A stretch of 63,447 nucleotides of DNA, counting the filler, from Folioceros fuciformis (Eukaryota), in assembly GCA_049999805.1 (NCBI GenBank). It is 13 parts of 13 records of this genome, joined end to end, with 100 filler letters (N's around TTAATTAATTAA, not from the genome) between each part and the next. Parts side by side here need not be neighbours in the genome. Positions count along the whole stretch, not along the records: positions 57,072 to 63,447 come from JBNGIO010006468.1; 12 more parts are not named here. One strand, written 5' to 3'. The position numbers were made by a program, and so were the translations under genes. Position 1 is the stretch's first letter, and each line of letters opens with the position of its first letter. Under the pieces are notes generated by a model that was not told the origin of the DNA, ran no database searches, and saw only the letters and a list, made by a program, of their open reading frames with translations. Of the stretch, positions 59,087 to 63,447 are shown piece by piece.

Positions 59087-61226
59087 CAAGTCGTTATTTT
59101 GTAAGGCTCCTATAGCAAGGAGTTCCCTTTGCGGGGTTTCAATGATGCAGTGACCATCCCCGAAGCATACGTAACAGCCTGATTCATCTACCTTTCTAAC
59201 TGAGAAGAGGCTCTTTGTAAGCCCTGGTACATGAAGAACGCCTGATATGTGCAAGGTAGATGTTGTTTTAAGGTTAATTTTGAGGGACCCATGACCCTGT
59301 ATTTTGTGTCTGGAGTCATCTCCTAGACTAACATACTGAGGTGGTTGTGTAGGGTTGATCTCTGTGAAGTATTCTAGGTTTCGTGTCATGTGTTGGGAGG
59401 CACCTGAGTCAATGTACCATGTGTGATGTCCCTGAGCTGCAAGGCAGGATGCCACATAAGCTGTTGGATTAGAGGAACTTGGTTGATCTAGCTAATCTTG
59501 GGATGATTGAGGTGTGTGTGTTAAATATGCTCTTGTATGTCTTTCCATTGTGAGGGCGAGTTGTCCTATCTGCTCACGTCGACGTTGTGGGTTGTTTGTA
59601 GCTTGTCGTTTCCGACATTCCTCATAGGTATGTCTTGTAATTTTACAGTACCCGCATACGGGTTTCCAAGGGGGATTGTAGTAACCTCTTCCTCTACTAT
59701 GGTAAGTACCCTGATAATTGCCCGGTCCACAGGGATGTGGTTGTCCTCGCATGCCACCGCCCCTACCCCTGAATCTTTTGCCTGTAAAATAGGCGTTGGA
59801 GGAAGATTCTCCAGCATAAAAAGTGTTGGATAATTTGCGTCTTGCTTCTTCTATTAGCATAGAGCTAATAACTTTGTTGACTGTCAGGGGAGTTACTCCT
59901 TGAAGGGACTACACAACAGTAACCTAGGACTTGGGCAGCGTGGAAAGGAGTAGGGCTGCAGAAAGATCTTTGGTAAGGGCGAATCCAATGGCCTTGAATT
60001 TTGTTGACCAGCTACGGAAGTGCATAGTATGTTGGTCGACGAAATCTCCCTCTTGCGTGCGCAGGCCGAAGAAGTGTGTACGGTGTGCATAATATTATAT
60101 CGTGCAATTGCTGCTAGGCAGCTGCTGCAGTGTTTGTGTTTTTGATTTGTTGGACATTCCCATGACGCATAGCCTGGATGATCACGTTGTGTGCTTGTTG
60201 ATTGGCGTCTTCCCAGTCCTCCTTTTCTTTTGCTGTTCCGTTGCTTGGGTAGGCTATGGGAACAGGGGGGTTGCCTATGCCTTCTACGTAGCCCCATAAT
60301 TTTCTCTCCTTTAGGATATTTTTATCCTAAATTTCCATGTTGGAAAGTTTTGCTACTGACCATCGAACTTGTCTTCTTTGGACAGGCTGGTGTGGGAGGA
60401 CATGGTGTTGGTGGCGTTCTAAACGCTGAAGACAATGTTTCTAATTATACTAGATGCATCTAACTGCATGGTGAGGACAACTCTGTAAGTTTGTTGAGGG
60501 AATTTTATGTGGGAATGTGATTCGTCTAGACTGTTGATTTTCTGTATTATTGAGGTTTGTGTTTCTTGAATTTCCTTCGCAGATGGGAGCATGAAGAGGT
60601 TGTGCTGTCTACATAGAGAACTGAGGTGAGAGATTACTTTCTCCTTGACATCTGTGAGTGAGATGGGAGCGATGATGTCTAGACATGTGGTAAATTCCCT
60701 TTTCATTGTTGATGGAAGAGGTATTCTACTTGGATGTATGAGAAGTCATAATCATTATGTTCTAGGTGACCTCTGAGGAGTAGTTCTTTGCCAATTAAAA
60801 AGTAGGACACCGCAGGTCCTGAACCAGCCATAATGACAAAGGTTTTCCTGTGCCTCTTTGAGGTATCGAATCTCTCTGTTGGACCTTTGCCATTGAAGGT
60901 ATTTGGCTTTTTTTTTCTGCCTTCTTTGCAAGGCGCCTTAGCCTCTGATCACCAGGCACTAGGTCGCAATTGGCGGGGCATTATGGTGTGGCTGGTATGG
61001 ATGAGATCAATGACCAGAGGGAAGGGATCATGCTCTGATACCATGTAATTATCAGGATTAGATTTGCATTGAAACGTGATCGTTAAGTACAAAGGTGAAA
61101 CGCTGCGAGCGTACTCGTAACTGTTCGCTCAAGTTCGACTTTTGGTATCTAGTCTGTAGACCGAAACGTGCCCTAACCTAGGCAGTAGATATGCATTAAT
61201 AATAGGCCCACCTTTGATACCCTACA
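59087..61226 (-). mobile_element. Ty1/Copia element M 5' part: LTR 61044..61226, PBS 61032..61043, degenerate ORF0, gag and protease; interrupted by the Gypsy element
   Basis: TGTA...TACA LTR, TGGTATCAGAGC, CGYCKITRHTYEEC, WYIDSGASQHMT, VLHVPGLTKSLFSV. Confidence 0.88.
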
Positions 61227-61430
61227 GTCCGTGTTTGGGCAATTGGCATGTGCACCTCCATGCTCTTCTGAAAGGCACCAGTGCTGTGCACCAGCCTTTT
61301 TCAAGCACAGCAAAGTAACATGGTCAGCGAAAATGAGGCCCTCCGACTCTAGTCGTCCACACACAACTAGCGCTTCCTGTTCGAGCAAGCCTGTGCTTGG
61401 CATACCTAGTCTCATAGCATTCCAGATGGA
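61227..61430 (-). pseudogene. PLS-type PPR gene fragment
   Basis: WNAM.LG/YAQH..EAL, ADHVT and STGAFQKSMEVH across frameshifts; ends at the LTR edge. Confidence 0.65.
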
Positions 61431-61642
61431 ATATTCCACTCGCACCTCAAATGGACACCGAGATCAATGTACTCGTCGCTTCACAAATAAATCCTTCTTA
61501 CAGACGGACACTTTCGAAACTTTGCCTCTAATTACAAAATAGGTGTAGATGTGACAATAATGAGCATCTTGGCATTTATGTATGTATTATTTGTTGTAGG
61601 TTTCAAAACATTCGCTCATGACCATGGTGGTGTAGGGTTATT

Positions 61643-63002
61643 AAAGCCCAATGTGTTTAGACTAATGTGTTTAGTCTAAGATTAGTGTCTAGTTAAGTAT
61701 CATTAGTTTAGATTAGCTTAAGCTAATATGTAAGAAGCTTCTTGCGCAGCTTCCTGTGCGCTTCTTGTGAAGCTTCCTAGGGAGCTCTTCTAGAGGGTAT
61801 AAATACCCCCTTGAGCTCCCTTGCATATTAAGACTCATTGTGAGAGTGTGACCTCTCTTTCTCCTCTCCTCCTTCACCATGTAGCTCCTGGAGCGATCCT
61901 TCAAGTGGAACAACGCACATGACATTGGAGCACCATGGATCACTGGATCACTAACAGTGTGGTTTAACTTCTTCCAAACATGGCATAAGGAAACCTTGTG
62001 GCCAAACTCCTTACACACCTAGCAAAAGGGAACGTGGTGGCTGAACTTCGTACACACTTAACAAAAGGTAACATACATTATCTACCTTTTTGGCTAAGGG
62101 CAATTGTAGGCTTAGTGCCTTGGCATGTTGCTATTAAAACAACATCCTACTGGGATTAACATCAATTATTAGGACGAAGCAAACCTCCACTGCCCTAGTA
62201 AGGTTGGTCGTACACTATGGAATTAATAAATTGGGACTATTTGAAGTCTCTCTCTGTGTACAGTCGGCCGAAGTTGTTACAATTATTATTATTATTATTA
62301 TTATTATTTAATGTTTGATTTGCTCTTTGATTTTAGATTGTAGAAGTGGCAAGGCCAAAGTCTATTGCGGTAGCCATTAACCAAGTCTTAGAGCTTGTGA
62401 AAGAAGCTAAACTACTTATAGGTCTAAAAGGGAAGGATCATTATCGAAGAAAACTCTAGAGAGGACTTCAACTAGGGTGTGCATGACCAGAGGAGTTATG
62501 TCAGATTAACAACTAAGGCAACAACAAGCATAAGGAGGACACTTATTTTTTCTCCTTCTTTTGCTTCTTCCTCCTCCCACCAGTCCCTCCCTCTTCTTGT
62601 TTGTACACAGGTTGGCTGGTTCTTCATAGGAGAAATCACTCTAGCCTAACATTTTAGACTTTTCTCCATGCTCAAGCATTGTAACTCATGCACCCAGTGT
62701 GTCCCATGTTTTAGACTTTTCTCCATGGTCAAGCATGGTGTCCCATGTTTTGGACTTTTTACCAGGTTAATAAAGTCCAATGTGCTTCGACTAATGTGTT
62801 TAGTGTAAGATTAGTGTCTAGTTCAGTACCATTAGTTTAGATTAGCTTAAGCTAATCAGTTGGAAGCTTCTTGCGCAACTTCCGATGCGCTCCTTGCGCA
62901 GCTTCCGATGCGCTCCTTGCGCAGCTTTCAATGCGCTTCTTGCGTAGCTTCCGATACGCTTCTTGCGCAGCTTCCGATGCGCTTCTTGTGAAGCTTCCTA
63001 GG
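61643..63002. repeat. Two diverged copies of an LTR-like block (~61643..61782 and ~62772..63002); the second has an expanded 21-bp tandem array
   Basis: Shared gactaatgtgtttagt..attagtttagattagcttaagctaat; cttgcgcagcttccgatgcgc-like unit about 6 times. Confidence 0.75.
62281..62309 (+). repeat. (ATT)n microsatellite
   Basis: attattattattattattattattatt. Confidence 0.9.
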
Positions 63003-63447
63003 TCCTAAGATTGGAAGCTTCCTATGACTTTAGTGGTAGTTAGACCCTTGCTCAATGCCAGGACCTAGGACTTTAGTGGTAGTGAAGACTCTTTCCCCTT
63101 ACTAGCTTGGAGGACCTAAGACTCCAGTGATATGGAAGACTCTTTCTCCTTACTAGCTTGGACGCTGATATTTTAGCTACTATTGGTAGCCATTAGGGTT
63201 AGCTACTATTGGTAGCCATTAGGGTTAGGGGTAGCCGTATTGTCTAATCAAGATTTATCTCCCTCATTACGGATGGATGGATTTTCATATTGGTTTTTTT
63301 ATAGTCTTTTTAAAATAAATGGACCTAACCTTCTTGATGCATCGAAGATGTGCATGAGGTTCTTGAGCATAGGAAACAACTTAGCTATGAGGTTCTTGAA
63401 CTTAGGAAAAACTTAGCCATGAGGTTCTTGAGCTTAGGAAACACCTT

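Overview
This is not a contiguous locus. It is 13 short plant-genome contigs joined by 12 artificial 100-bp spacers (44 N + TTAATTAATTAA + 44 N), so it resembles an unplaced-scaffold pseudomolecule. The genes present point to a land plant; a non-seed lineage is plausible but is an inference. Most of the window is Ty1/Copia LTR retrotransposon, with at least 8 elements or fragments, several of them nested. There is also a chromodomain-bearing Ty3/Gypsy integrase and non-LTR remnants. Host genes are the 3' part of an ACT-domain-repeat (ACR) gene, the C-terminus of an Orn/Lys/Arg decarboxylase, two head-to-head germin-like 5' ends, a tandemly repeated intronless LRR receptor kinase with a WAK-like kinase domain, a small RING-H2 gene and a PPR pseudogene. 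The most interesting signal is a recurring expanded Copia architecture across independent contigs: short LTR, PBS(iMet), an extra sense ORF (often starting MPR, with heptad-like segments), gag-pol, then an antisense ORF with an N-terminal hydrophobic anchor, PPT and LTR. Several contigs have redundant ends, which may reflect tandem arrays, circles or assembly collapse.
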